From the NCBI GenBank assembly GCA_965655095.1, contig OZ296656.1, positions 1,736,001 through 1,800,000 on the forward strand: a stretch of DNA of 64,000 bases, written 5' to 3'. Of the stretch, positions 19,344-31,787 are shown in pieces. The stretch comes from Haplodiscus bocki (Eukaryota). Position 1 is the first letter of the stretch, and each line of letters opens with the position of its first letter. A program made the position numbers and the translations under genes. Under the pieces are notes generated by a model. That model was given only the letters and a program-made list of their open reading frames with translations. It did no database searches and was not told the origin of the DNA.

Positions 19344-22300
19344 GATTTTTTCCATCCAACTTTCTTTTTCTGCATCAATTCTGGTGATTGGTCTGCAATT
19401 CTAAATTAAATTGTTGTTGTTATAAACTGGAAACTGTGGTTTGTTCTTTTTTACGAATCCTTTCTCCAGGCTCAAGATTAGCTCGCACAACGCAGATTCA
19501 ACTGCTTTGTGCACGGTTTGTTTCACACCGTAAATGTAGCTATGTTCTGCAAAACCTATGAAAGTTTCTTTTTTCTTTTGAAATTCGTGACAGCAGCAAC
19601 GAAGGATGGCAAACGTACTTTCCGATCGACTTTTTCCCGAAGTCAGCTCACAACGGTGAAGTAACAAATTCTCCATTTTATCAGCTGCAGAATTAAACTA
19701 TAACTACACAGACCTACCCCTGACCGGCTTCCATATCAATGGACGTCTTCAGTGGAGCTCCTTTCCATTCATTGAATCCAGATTTTTTGAAGAAATCATT
19801 TGTTTGCGCAATGAGATGTTCCCGAAGCATTTTTTGCTGTTTCTGGTTGCCTTTCTTTGTGCTTCAGAGGAACAAAATAGGTGTTATGTGCTATTGCAAA
19901 TCAGTTTAATTTTTTTGAAACATGAAATTGTACATTTAGGAGTTCTGTACTAGAAAAATTCAACAATAGGAAGTTCTGCGCCAAAACCTTTCATCCAATA
20001 TGTAACTATAATATTCATATCTCGTCCAAAACATATATAGACCGTTTCATGCTTCCGGAAAATAACCAGATGAGAAAAAGTTACTGGCCACATTCATCAT
20101 TGAATTGAGACAGTTGTTTTCATCAAATTATCGTAAACCAAGTATTATGACAACATGATGACCAACTTGATGACGGATCAGTACTATGAAGTCGATTGAA
20201 TATGTACCTTTCATTTATCAAGTCGTAAAAGTGGTATTTTCATTCTCTACATTTTCAGCTTTTGTCAACATAAAACTTGGTTAATGGAAGCACTTTTAAC
20301 AATATCTGAAGGTTACGTGTACAGTTAAAACGCTGCCCCTTCACTCTTGATGTCTTTTTTGAGTGTTTCCGGTTTTAAAGACTTTTTTTCTTTTACATAC
20401 TGTTCAAAAGTGGTCGCGTTTTTCACAACCACTTTTATCGGAGTTTTTCGAAAGATCATATTTGATTGGTTCTGACGCATAGATATCGGAGTTTTACACT
20501 TTTTCAAATTAACTTTGAAATGTTGTGTGAAAAAATCTTGTCGTTGTCAGAAAAAATTATCCGCGAACGAGCGATTTATGGGTGTGTTTTATTCCAAGAA
20601 GTCTTGACGAAGTTAGTTTTTGGATAGTGAATTTTTATATCAAATCATAAATTCTTTAAGGTCAGCTCCACATTGCCAATTTCTCATCCCTCATTGGAAC
20701 CCTCTGAAGTAGACAGTTTTGGTATGTGATTCGATCGTTTGAACTCTTCATCCTGTGAATCCTGACTCACTGAAGTCTCAACTGATAATGGTCGACATCT
20801 TTTGATCGCTGTCGATAAATTGTGCTATTTGTTTCGGGTGATTTACTTTACTGACGTTTTTTTGGACGAACAATGCTGGATAATGCTTGTAGAATCGTTG
20901 ACTGACTACTAAGTATTGTTCCAAAATTTCCAATTTACAAGGGGAACTCCACTGTTATCAGCGTACATGAATTGTTATTGTGTTTGATGGAGCATGAGAC
21001 GCGGGAAAAATTTGAAAAGTATACAACATAATCGTAACTTTAAAATCATCCCGATTGATGCCAAAGATGATTGCCGTTGAACGAACAGTGTCAACGGGCT
21101 CCTCAAAGCTGAGCGTGTCAATGGTTTTGCTCCGGAAGAGAAATTGTTTCCATTTATTTTTTACCCGTCTACTGCCTAGAAGCTACAAAGTGTTTACGTG
21201 CAAGTTCGCAGACTCACATTACCTATAGTTTTCTAACAAACTTGACAGTTTGTGCTTCATTTCATCGTGTTTTTACTGATATTGAAAGTTCTTCATGTTT
21301 GTGTTGCCTGTGGGTTTCGTTCTTTTTTCCATGTGTTCAACCATTCAATCGGATTTACCATTTTTGGAAGGAAATTCAGGACCGAATGATCAAAACTGAG
21401 ATCATATTATCGTTAGTTTTGACCACAAAAAATTTGTTTTCCCAACGAAACTGTTTGGATTCGCACGTGTTTTGTAGAGATGTTAGCGAAAAAACATTGC
21501 GTGTGGAAAAAAATTATTGACGAAAACTACTGCTTGAACGTTCATAGCAAACTGTGTGTTATCTTTGGCGTTGAAGTACCACGCGTCTGACTGTGCATCA
21601 ACTTTGAGACGCACTTGTAAGCAAACGATTTCTGATTTTGTTCTTTAATTGTTCAAATGAAACTTTGACGAGTTAAAAGTGTAATCATGATTTTTCGCGG
21701 GGAGAAGACTGCCCCTCCTTTTTCTTGTTTCAAAGTTTCAAAAATCCAATCTCTTCTGTGCGATCATGAAATTGAATTTTTTATTTTTAGCAAGTTACAT
21801 AATCGCCGTCGATATTATAGATCTAAATTTTATTGATCAACCGCTGCTGCAAGCATTTGTTTTGTCAGCTGACTCACTTGGTTCTGACAGCTTCCATAAC
21901 CTCCGTTCCATGGAATGATTTTGGATGCCAGGGTTTTCTGAAGAGAGTGACAGGATTGTGAGAATCTTTCAATCATAGTTACCTAAGTTGTTAGGTTTTT
22001 GGGTTTTTTACAGGAAGATTTTTTTTCCGGAGGGAATTTTCACCTGTTGTCAGACTTCAGTCATAAACTATAGGGCGTAATTTCAGTTTGCCTGATTTAG
22101 TAGTTGGCTCTGGGAAAAACTTTATTTTTACTCCCTTTCTCTCCTGCTCATTTTTCATGATATGTTATTTTAAGTTAACTAAAGTGATAAAGTGCGCATT
22201 TTCTCAAACAGCTTAGGGAATTCGTATAGGTCGCCTCAACACTCATGCGTTCTCAATTGATTTTTCCAACTCAACATTCTTGGCTTTTAAGAACGATTGT

Positions 22301-22779
22301 GATGGGCAATGTAGTCTGATCCCCTCACAATTGGGCAAAAAAAATTGGGAATTAAGCGAACTCGCCGTGTACACAATACTAATTGACGGCAATCCGTAAC
22401 ATCGAGATATGTTCCACTTGTATGGGTGAACGGAAAAAAAGTTCATGCATACGATTTTTAAACACGATACAAGAGTCGCAATTAACACTAATTACAACGC
22501 CGCCTCTCCGAGTAAAAACCTGTTTGTTTTCTTTCTCTGATAATTGCCTTGGTTTTGCTTCGTTACCTGCGCAAAACCAAGGCCCACATTGCATATGTTT
22601 TTCTGGATACTGATTTCCGAATTAATTAGATGCTTCCCTTAATTGAACAGTTTGAAAGCCGAGCAAAACGATGTCATTTTGTACGTTGGTTCTATAATGG
22701 CGCCAACTCTTTACAATGTATTCACTATTAAAGATGAGTGATTGATAAACTTTTGCGCGAATTTGCTTGTGAAAGAGTA

Positions 22780-25700
22780 ATGCCATCTGGTAAGAGTGAT
22801 TTTAAAAGACGTCGCTGTGCAAAATGTGGACGCTTCACTGAACGTAATCACTCCTGTCCAAATAACACTGACAATGTTTCTTCTACTAGCGAACCATTAG
22901 GAATTTTGTACAGCATACCTGACAGTAATTTGCTGGTCTCCTCTGTTGATACCCTGCACTTAGAATCAACGTTGGAAGCGATGGGACTGTCCTGTTCCCC
23001 AACAAGCGGCATAATTGTGAATAAAACTAACATTCGCCTCAGTTCTGTTCAACCCTCGCAGAGTCTTTCTATAACGGGTGATGGTAATTGTCTTTTCACT
23101 GCTCTGGGCGTAGCCGTCGGTTTATCTCATGAAAGTGGTCATGATTTGAGGAAACTTATTGTGAGTAACATGGACTCGGTGACTTTTCCGGAAAACAGTT
23201 TGCAAACCTCAATCTATTCCGCTGAGTTCCCCAACCAGAACAAACTTCTCACCAGCCCAACTGTCAACCACTACCTGAAGACATCGCGAATGGCAGAAAA
23301 TGGAGTTTTTGGCACTTGTGTGGAAATTTATACCTTTTGTCAAATTTTTAAATTGGACGTTTATGTATACCACAGTATTTTGAAAAGTTGGCTCGTTTAC
23401 AAATGCGACTGCTCAAATGACAGACAAGGAGTTTTCATTCAACAAACGCGAACCAGAGATCACTTTGAGGTAATTAGTGGCTTGACCGAAACATACCACA
23501 CTTCATTACTCCTATCAGAAGATTTTGCTGGTTCGAGTAGTCAATGTGGAAATTCAGCAATGAATACTCAATGCCCCGGAATCCAGAAGACAGCACTTGC
23601 AGCACTTGATGAAACTGAGCCCTTGCAGAAGCGCAGAAGGACTTCAGATTATCCAGTCGCCAATTATTTGATCGAGAATGGAGAAATTAAAACAACTTTG
23701 ACAACTTTTTGTTTGGCCGAAGCTCTTTGTGCTGGAGGAAATACTACAACGCAAAGTAAAGGCCCTCCTCCAACTGCTCTGCAACATCGACAACATCAAT
23801 TTCACAGATTGCCTGGGGACGAGTTAACTGATGAGATTTTTTTGAAATTAACTGAAAACTTTGTACCATCATCGAAACTACCTGAAGAATCAACCGTTGA
23901 AATTGAGTCAAAATTGGTTGTGACAGATACCGTCAATGGCGCTGACATTTGTTGCAAGTGCATGCGGGAAGCCACGGTTTATTTTCCACTGGACATTAAG
24001 GCCTACAGCAATGCTGGATTGGTTAATAGAAAGTTCGGTAGGAAGCTGAAAAACGAAGTTGTACATCTGTGTTGTTCCTGTTACAGCTATTGTACTGCAC
24101 CAAAGGTTGACTGGCAAATGGCTTGGCCAGCTGTTTTTTTCACGCTCCTTTCTGATACTTCCAAGACAGAAGCTTGTTTAGTCGCTATTTGCTCGTTGTT
24201 ACCGCTGGAAATAAGGCAACATTGGCTGGGGGTAATAACCCTTTTCCCTATCTGCATCCAGTGTGTTTTAAATCGGCCGCGTATTCTTGGCACATGTACT
24301 GTTGATGGAACACGGAGATTGGAACGTTTCGAGCAATTAATGAAAACAATGAGACAAAAAGAAATGGCTGAAGCTTTGGACTCTGAACCGTATCCAAACA
24401 TACGTTGCCCTTTTGGTTGTTGGACGTTTATCGAAGATCCCGGGTACATACCAGCACAGCATTTTATAAACTTGATAGACAGAACTTTCACATCATTCCA
24501 AGCGTCTGCATTCAAGAAACTCAGAGGCGCTAGACTCGACTTCCTGTGTCCTTTGATGTGCTTAGAGACGTTTCTAGTGGCTGCCACAGTGCGGTTACAT
24601 GAGAAAGAAGGTTTGGTTGTGCAAACTTGTTCTGCGCATGACAGGGGATGTGCGTTACAGTTCTTGCATCCCCCCAGGCATCCGGAGCTGGGACGAATTC
24701 CAACTTTGTTTGAGGAACGATTAGCTATTGCATCACCTTCATTGTCGTGTGTGAGTAGCTTAAAGGCTAATTATGCTAGCCACACCTATCAACTGTTTCG
24801 GAGCGTTGGGTCTTATAGTGGTATGAGTACTGTTTCGTTGAGACGTAAACGGCGTTGGAACATCACTAGCAATCGTTTGTTCCAAGCTGAAAGAACCGCC
24901 ACGTTTTTCAGGTCAGATATTCCCATTTTAATTAGACAATGGGTTGTTCAAGGTAAAGTGATTGAAGATGTCGCCACTGATCTCTCTCAATATCAGCCGA
25001 AAAATGAAAAATTGATGGAGCATGTCGGCGTAGATCTTGACACCTGCATTCGATTGACGAAGGTGATGGACAAAAACGAACAAGAACTTTTGAGTAATGT
25101 GAAATTTCTACAGTGCTACGCTTTGGCTCAACCAAACAATGAACATGGTTGCTCACCTCCTCCTCTGATCAATGATACTGGAGATACACTCTGGTTTCTT
25201 CAAGCGGCATGCTGCATATCTCCAATTTTATGTTCATCCATGGTGTCTGGCGTTAATCACGTTTTGGCAAAAAATATGTTTTCACTGTTGCGTCATACAT
25301 TTGCTCGGTTTGGAAAAGAAAGCAAGTTGCAGCGTATTTCAGAAGCTCAAGCTGACATTGACAGTATATTGAATAACGCGGCAACTAACAATGACAACCC
25401 AATCCTAATTTCAAACTTTTTGCAGGCGGGTGGCGTGGTGTTGCACGCATTATGTGCTGACTTATGCCATCTGCAGTTGAGCCAAAGAATAGAATTGACT
25501 GAGAAAATTCTGCGCGACGTAAAAGTGGATACGAAACACGTGATTGCTACAACAACTGATGTAAACAATCTGAGGAACAAGGTCAACCCACCTCTCAACA
25601 TCGTCCTATTTGATGTCCAATTTGAGCTTGTGGGATGTGGTTGCGGTTCTCGGGGTACAGATGCTGTAATTTTGCTTCGGCATGGTGGTCGCTTCTGCAA

Positions 25701-28700
25701 TTTTTGGCGTATACTCAAAGCTAACAAGTTTGCTGAACCTTTGTTGGACTCACCTGAGACCTTAGTAGAAAAAATTCTACGAGGCTACTGGACGTTTTTA
25801 ATCTACCGAGGAACTAACTCTAAAAAGGTGTCGACTGTAAAGTGGCACTATCTCAGTAATTTAACCGGCCAAGGAGTTTTCATTTGTGACAAACATGATG
25901 TTCCGTTAACAAAGGACTTCCGACGTAGTAACTACTTCTGTCGATGTGGAAGGTCATCATTCCTCAGATGTGCCTACTCAAAGTGCAACAGTTGTGTGTG
26001 TAAGAAACACTTCGACGAGGGAATGAAACATCCGAACTTACGAGTTTTAGTTGCACCTCTAGCAGAACGAAAATTAACGCCTGAAGTACCGAACGCTGAA
26101 GCTGCAATCAATCCCACACAGTGTGAACTGAATTCCAACATAGCTAGTGTATGTGATGAGGACAAAAGCTTTGTTGAACCAGATTTATCCACCAACTGTT
26201 TAAGTCAAAACTCAAGTTCATCGGTAGCTTCTTTTCTGTGCAACAACATGAACGCAAACTCGATCAGCGAAAGTCAATTGGCCATGAATAAATTGAACGT
26301 TTGTTCGGGTGAAAGGGCCATTGTTGCTGTACAAGAGGCTTCCAGAGAAGAAGATTACAATATTCCTCTCCACATACTGTTGAATTCACGATGCAACTTA
26401 CTGCACAGGAAAAGAAGTCATCCCATTTCCCTAACCGTTAAAGAGAAACGTTTTATGGAAAACATAACAGCTTCCTCAACATCATCAACGCCTTTGCTTC
26501 AACCGGAAGGGCTGCTTTTTCCTACTATTTTCTGGTCCCAAAGTTTCGATGGCAGCATTGAAGGTGCAATTCCAATATCCCTGTTCCAATCCGAAAAATA
26601 CAACAAACAAGTGGGGTTTGCAGGTTTAGAAAACATGCTGCGAACTCGCATCACTGATGGGTCACTTTTAACCTCCAGTCACGCATCATATCTGCAGTTC
26701 GTTTTTGATTGTCTTCTTAATTTACAACTGAGTAAAACCGATATTCGGATTGTGTTGAACAGAGGCTGGCAGGAATTGGGCAGTAAGCCTACAAATTACC
26801 AGTACTACTCCGCTGAAACTTTCAAGTTCGATTGTGAAGAATCCCGGAAAAATGTCTGTGAAGTAGCAGCACTTATTAGAGATAAAAACCCCACTTATTT
26901 TGTTACATACACATGTGGGCAATCTACTCACCCCGGCTTGCGCAAAATTTTCGAGGCTATTGACAAACTTTACCCGCCCGATATGACATCCAAAGAATTG
27001 AGATTATCTGTAATACAAAGTGAATTAATGCCTATGCTTAGATGTTGGCATCGCGCCTCACAGTATGTAATGCAATGGTTGAAGTGTTCGGCCGAGCAAC
27101 CTCTGGGACCAGTCTCCCACTTATGGATGAGGTACGAGTGGCAAGATGAAACTTCGGCCTTTCCACACATCCATGCACTAGTGTGTACAGGAGAAAACAA
27201 GTTTGGTCCGGAAGTTCAATCCCGAGTCTGCTGTTCTAAAGAAACATTCATGGGCGCCTTGAACGATTGTTGTCCAGCGTTATCGGATAGCGAACGGTTC
27301 CGGTTGGGAGAACTTTTCCAAAAATACCAACGGCACGATTGTGGCAAGGGCAAAAATAGATGTAAAAAGAAAACTGATTGGTTGGGAAAGCCAGTGTGTA
27401 GAGTACCTAAATATCCTGCATCCGTTGGGTTCTCTTACAAGCAAATACAACCTAATTACTCGGAAGAAACTTGGGACTTGTTGAGAGCCATGAAATTGTC
27501 CTATATTGACCCTAACTCTTCAACAGACAAAGCTGAGGAAGAACTGAAAGCTGGAAAGCATCACTACCTTGCTGCTTACAACGAGCACATTTCACCAACA
27601 AATGCAGCTTTGTTTGCCTTCACTGAAAGTAGTACGAACGTCCAAATTTGTGACGACGAAATGTGTTCACGCTACGTTGCAAAGTATGCTGCCGGCGTGG
27701 AAGGTCGGGCGTTCACAAAAATAGTAGCGTCTGCTGGTGAGGATGAAGTGAAAGTCCAAACGGAACCTATTGTGAACGAAAAAATAGCTGGTGTCCAAAC
27801 CAGCGTTACCAAAAAACGTCGGGATGATGATAAACGGAAATCTGTAACAGGAAGAATTGTTAGCATAACTGAATGCTTGTGGTGGGCTTTGCAGTTGCCA
27901 TACGTTTGCACAAACGTAGATTTCATTCATGTACCAACAGTTCCGAAAGAGTTCAGATCTGGAATAGTGATAGAAAAACAAATTGCGAGGACGATGAACT
28001 TCAGTGCTGTTTTTGCCGAAGCTGTTCGAATTCGGAAAAACGTTTTGAAGCTTCCAAAACATCGACAATTAACAAGAAATCAAGAATTGTTGTTGGCAGA
28101 TGTCGAAGCAAGTTCGATTACGCCTGACAAAGTGACTATTTTTGGCCTTAGACCACCGGAACTTTTGTTTGTCAGCAGTTTGAAAAGTTATTTTAGTTGG
28201 TTCGTTAGATTCAAAATCAACAGCTCGAAAGGGAAAAGTAGTCATGAGATTTTGTTGAGCCGTGCATCGTGTAATGACTTTTGGGTTGATTGTCTTGGAT
28301 ACGCTATCAAGATACGCCCACCCGCAATTTCTGATTTTCTTGATTTTTGTTCAACGAGAAGTGATAACCGGAGAGACGAAGTTTTGAAACAGGAGTGCCG
28401 CAAACATGTTCTCCCCAAATTGCAAGGAACCAACAGTTGCCCCAGACTGGTGGCGTACAATCATTGTTTTTCAGATCAAAAAGCCATAGTGGTTTTCACA
28501 AATACTCTACCCAGTAGTCCAACAAAGTTCTTGTTGCATTTTGTGCTAACTTTTGGTTCGTTTGACACCGAACTTGACATTCTCGCAGTTTCCTCTCTCA
28601 GGGAATCTTTTATAGCTGCCAAACTGGTGGAGCGTAACAACATTACTGTTGCAGTCGTGCTTCAACTAGCTCGCCGCTATCTATTGCAACAGCTCCGGTT

Positions 28701-30879
28701 TGTGCCGGGATCCTCTAAACTCATTGACAAGTTTTTGTTGATGGCAAATAGCGTTCTGGGAGAGGCACTGTTAGAAAACAACTTATATTTTGCATCCGGG
28801 GTACCAGCTGTTTTGGATCGCACAATCTCTGCCGACTCCGAAGAAAATGTTGCTGTAGATTTGACAATCAGCAAGAGTAGATTGGTGGAGTTCTTACACA
28901 CATGTCAAACGGGACTTCCAAGCGAAGAAAGTATGATTGATGCTTCCCTAACTGCGCCCGTTGATTGGAAACCGGACTTTGGTAGACATCCTAGCCAAAC
29001 AGTGACATCGTACTGTGAACAGAGTAAGATTTTGAAATATTTAGTTGAAATCGTGGACTTGTACAGAGGAGGAACACAAAATTTTGTGAGACATCAAATC
29101 ATCGCTGGGGCACCAGGAACGGGAAAAACATTCATCATGTTGAGAGCTCTGAGTTATGCAATATGTCAAGGACTCAATTGCATGGTAACTTCACTAGCGG
29201 CCGAAAGGTCGGCTGCTTTAGGTGGCAAGCATCTAAATGCTCTCATTCCTTTCCCGGTGGAGAAAAATGGAACTGTTAATTCTTTGTCTCGAGTAGCTTT
29301 GTCCAGCTTGCAGAAATCACCGGACAGAAGTCGGTTTCTCCAAAACTTAGATGTATTGTTTGTTGAAGAAATTTCGATGATCTCTAGTGAACTTTGGGCT
29401 GCGACGGACCACGTTTTCCAAATCATCTGCTCAAACTACGTGCCATTCGCTGGCAAACTAATCATTGCAACCGGAGATTTTTTTCAACTCCCTCCACCAA
29501 AAGGAAGTTGTCTGATCAGTTCTTCATTCCCTCTAACGACTTTTCATTTTAGTTTTCTCCAGCACTTTGTGCGTATGCAAAATGAAACGGGTCAAAAAGT
29601 TTTGTCACTGATGTCAACTTTTCCAAGAACAACTGCCATCGGAAACCAAATTTGGAGTTTGATTGAGCGAAATTGCAATTTCGTAGATTGCTGGGATGAC
29701 GTACCAAATGATACAATTCGAATTTTTGCTACTCGCAAAGCGGAAAGATATGCGACGTTCAAGAAAATTATTCAGGTGAAAGACAGTGGTTCCCAGTTCT
29801 ATGAAAGTTCATCGACAGATGAAATGTGTGTGTCAAGTACGGACAACTGGATAGAAGCTTCTGGACCTGCAACAAAGTTTCTAAATAAGAAATGCTTGGA
29901 GTCACAATCATTGTTTCTGTTCCCCGGAGCAATTCTTCGACTCACCGTGAACAAGCCAAATGTGATGGCTTTCCAAGGACAACTGTGTGTTTTGGTTTCA
30001 CTGGACTCGTTGGCTGACAACGGAACAGTAACTGTTGCCTTGGCCCCTGCTGGTTGCCGATCCATTCCACCACTCTCTGTAATACGAAGATCCTGGAGAT
30101 GCATTGTTCTCGCAAAGGAAATCGGAGTTAACATTCGTCTAAACCACAGAACTATTTGTCGCAGAATCCAATTTCCCCTCAAATTGTACGTAGCGTCAAC
30201 TATTCACAAAACTATGGGCGAAACACTCCCAACAGTTGCTACGCAGATTGTTGGAGCTCAAGAGTTTTCTCTTTGGCTGCCGGAGCAACTATACGTAGTA
30301 ATGAGTCGTGTTCGATCACTGGCGGATATCACTTTCGTGGGATCGAAGCAGTCCAACGAAGGAGCCATCCTGAGTTTGTTGTGTAAAAAGTCACAGTGGT
30401 CGGAGCTGACTACCGAGATCCTCCAAAAGTGTTCTTCCCGTGACCCAACAATCTTCCATGGCTCTACAGACCCCTTTCCGTCAACCATCAGTATACCGCA
30501 AGAGAATGTTGGCTACTGTTATGTTATTCAGAGCGTCCCACAAAACAACTTGTTATATATTGGTTCAACAATGTGCCTGAATCGACGAATTCGTGAACAT
30601 AATGTTGGCTTGGGAGCTTCATTCACGCATGATCCCTCTCGAAGACCTTGGGTTTTGTGTGCTTACGTGACCGGCTTTCTTGCAAGCAGCTCCACGGAGA
30701 GAATAAGGTTTTTTGAAAAACAGTGGCTTGGGGCAGTCACTAAAGTGCTTAACTTGAGGAAGAAGAACATCTCCCTCCCGAATGCATTGTCAGCAGCAGA
30801 AAACTTAATCATGAATTGGCCTCATAAAGAAGATGTCCTGAAGTTGGTAATTTGCTGTAATCAGCCCATATTGCATTAG
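22780..30879 (+). CDS. RepHel-GIY-YIG protein, copy 2
   Basis: Same motifs as copy 1; differs by S34T and P1611L (numbered from the 2713-aa ORF start). Confidence 0.95.
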   Translation: MPSGKSDFKRRRCAKCGRFTERNHSCPNNTDNVSSTSEPLGILYSIPDSNLLVSSVDTLHLESTLEAMGLSCSPTSGIIVNKTNIRLSSVQPSQSLSITGDGNCLFTALGVAVGLSHESGHDLRKLIVSNMDSVTFPENSLQTSIYSAEFPNQNKLLTSPTVNHYLKTSRMAENGVFGTCVEIYTFCQIFKLDVYVYHSILKSWLVYKCDCSNDRQGVFIQQTRTRDHFEVISGLTETYHTSLLLSEDFAGSSSQCGNSAMNTQCPGIQKTALAALDETEPLQKRRRTSDYPVANYLIENGEIKTTLTTFCLAEALCAGGNTTTQSKGPPPTALQHRQHQFHRLPGDELTDEIFLKLTENFVPSSKLPEESTVEIESKLVVTDTVNGADICCKCMREATVYFPLDIKAYSNAGLVNRKFGRKLKNEVVHLCCSCYSYCTAPKVDWQMAWPAVFFTLLSDTSKTEACLVAICSLLPLEIRQHWLGVITLFPICIQCVLNRPRILGTCTVDGTRRLERFEQLMKTMRQKEMAEALDSEPYPNIRCPFGCWTFIEDPGYIPAQHFINLIDRTFTSFQASAFKKLRGARLDFLCPLMCLETFLVAATVRLHEKEGLVVQTCSAHDRGCALQFLHPPRHPELGRIPTLFEERLAIASPSLSCVSSLKANYASHTYQLFRSVGSYSGMSTVSLRRKRRWNITSNRLFQAERTATFFRSDIPILIRQWVVQGKVIEDVATDLSQYQPKNEKLMEHVGVDLDTCIRLTKVMDKNEQELLSNVKFLQCYALAQPNNEHGCSPPPLINDTGDTLWFLQAACCISPILCSSMVSGVNHVLAKNMFSLLRHTFARFGKESKLQRISEAQADIDSILNNAATNNDNPILISNFLQAGGVVLHALCADLCHLQLSQRIELTEKILRDVKVDTKHVIATTTDVNNLRNKVNPPLNIVLFDVQFELVGCGCGSRGTDAVILLRHGGRFCNFWRILKANKFAEPLLDSPETLVEKILRGYWTFLIYRGTNSKKVSTVKWHYLSNLTGQGVFICDKHDVPLTKDFRRSNYFCRCGRSSFLRCAYSKCNSCVCKKHFDEGMKHPNLRVLVAPLAERKLTPEVPNAEAAINPTQCELNSNIASVCDEDKSFVEPDLSTNCLSQNSSSSVASFLCNNMNANSISESQLAMNKLNVCSGERAIVAVQEASREEDYNIPLHILLNSRCNLLHRKRSHPISLTVKEKRFMENITASSTSSTPLLQPEGLLFPTIFWSQSFDGSIEGAIPISLFQSEKYNKQVGFAGLENMLRTRITDGSLLTSSHASYLQFVFDCLLNLQLSKTDIRIVLNRGWQELGSKPTNYQYYSAETFKFDCEESRKNVCEVAALIRDKNPTYFVTYTCGQSTHPGLRKIFEAIDKLYPPDMTSKELRLSVIQSELMPMLRCWHRASQYVMQWLKCSAEQPLGPVSHLWMRYEWQDETSAFPHIHALVCTGENKFGPEVQSRVCCSKETFMGALNDCCPALSDSERFRLGELFQKYQRHDCGKGKNRCKKKTDWLGKPVCRVPKYPASVGFSYKQIQPNYSEETWDLLRAMKLSYIDPNSSTDKAEEELKAGKHHYLAAYNEHISPTNAALFAFTESSTNVQICDDEMCSRYVAKYAAGVEGRAFTKIVASAGEDEVKVQTEPIVNEKIAGVQTSVTKKRRDDDKRKSVTGRIVSITECLWWALQLPYVCTNVDFIHVPTVPKEFRSGIVIEKQIARTMNFSAVFAEAVRIRKNVLKLPKHRQLTRNQELLLADVEASSITPDKVTIFGLRPPELLFVSSLKSYFSWFVRFKINSSKGKSSHEILLSRASCNDFWVDCLGYAIKIRPPAISDFLDFCSTRSDNRRDEVLKQECRKHVLPKLQGTNSCPRLVAYNHCFSDQKAIVVFTNTLPSSPTKFLLHFVLTFGSFDTELDILAVSSLRESFIAAKLVERNNITVAVVLQLARRYLLQQLRFVPGSSKLIDKFLLMANSVLGEALLENNLYFASGVPAVLDRTISADSEENVAVDLTISKSRLVEFLHTCQTGLPSEESMIDASLTAPVDWKPDFGRHPSQTVTSYCEQSKILKYLVEIVDLYRGGTQNFVRHQIIAGAPGTGKTFIMLRALSYAICQGLNCMVTSLAAERSAALGGKHLNALIPFPVEKNGTVNSLSRVALSSLQKSPDRSRFLQNLDVLFVEEISMISSELWAATDHVFQIICSNYVPFAGKLIIATGDFFQLPPPKGSCLISSSFPLTTFHFSFLQHFVRMQNETGQKVLSLMSTFPRTTAIGNQIWSLIERNCNFVDCWDDVPNDTIRIFATRKAERYATFKKIIQVKDSGSQFYESSSTDEMCVSSTDNWIEASGPATKFLNKKCLESQSLFLFPGAILRLTVNKPNVMAFQGQLCVLVSLDSLADNGTVTVALAPAGCRSIPPLSVIRRSWRCIVLAKEIGVNIRLNHRTICRRIQFPLKLYVASTIHKTMGETLPTVATQIVGAQEFSLWLPEQLYVVMSRVRSLADITFVGSKQSNEGAILSLLCKKSQWSELTTEILQKCSSRDPTIFHGSTDPFPSTISIPQENVGYCYVIQSVPQNNLLYIGSTMCLNRRIREHNVGLGASFTHDPSRRPWVLCAYVTGFLASSSTERIRFFEKQWLGAVTKVLNLRKKNISLPNALSAAENLIMNWPHKEDVLKLVICCNQPILH

Positions 30880-31787
30880 TACGTTAGAAAACACTGGCAA
30901 ACTACATTTCAACAGCTTCGCCGACTGTCAAATGTGACGAAGTGAATGCCTTATCCCATAAAAAACATAAAGTTCATAATTTAATCAATACATAAAGTTT
31001 TTTTTAAACGTCCATCTATAGTATATATTCATTTGTCCCCGGCGGTTTCCAAAGCTGCACGTGTAAAGTTTTTAGTCTGTGTGTTTTTGCTTTTCGCTGT
31101 GGTTAAAGATATTTTTGTGAAAGTTTTTTCTTTTACTATTAACAACAATTCAATTGTTCAATTTTTGATGTCTTTGAGAGTAGTCTGCAGACTATTTAGC
31201 CTACGTACTGTTTTCCAAAGGTTTCGTTGTTTAAGTTAGTTAAACATAAAACTATCCGACAATATTCCTTTGCGGACAAGACTTTGCTGCAATTTGAACC
31301 TGATTTTTGGAACGTTAAAAGGGAGCATCAGGTGTTCATGATTTGCCCCTTAACAATGAACGTTCCTGATTGCCCACCGTATTTAAAGTTGATTGATTAG
31401 TGATTTTAACTTTTTGCACTGCTTTTTTCCCATATGCTTATGGAACGCTTTGTTTTGTGTATGTCTTAATAACGATGTACACCTACATAGTGTATGATAA
31501 AAGCCCTGTACTCCTTCCTGTTTCGACCGCAAGGTGGAACACTTGGTAAAACGTTAGTGAAACTTCTATACCAAAAACCAGACACACTCAAATGAGCAAA
31601 TTTATATTTAGAGGTTTTTGGAACGATGTTTTTTTCAGCTCTTCCGTTTTATACTATTATATAATATAATGCCAATGACAGTTATCTTCTGTGTTCCATC
31701 GTAGTGTACCTATGCTGTTGGAGTCATTAAATGTCGTTTTTTTGTCGTCACCCCTTGTCGTTGTTTTTCAACGTTCTGCAGATCTAA

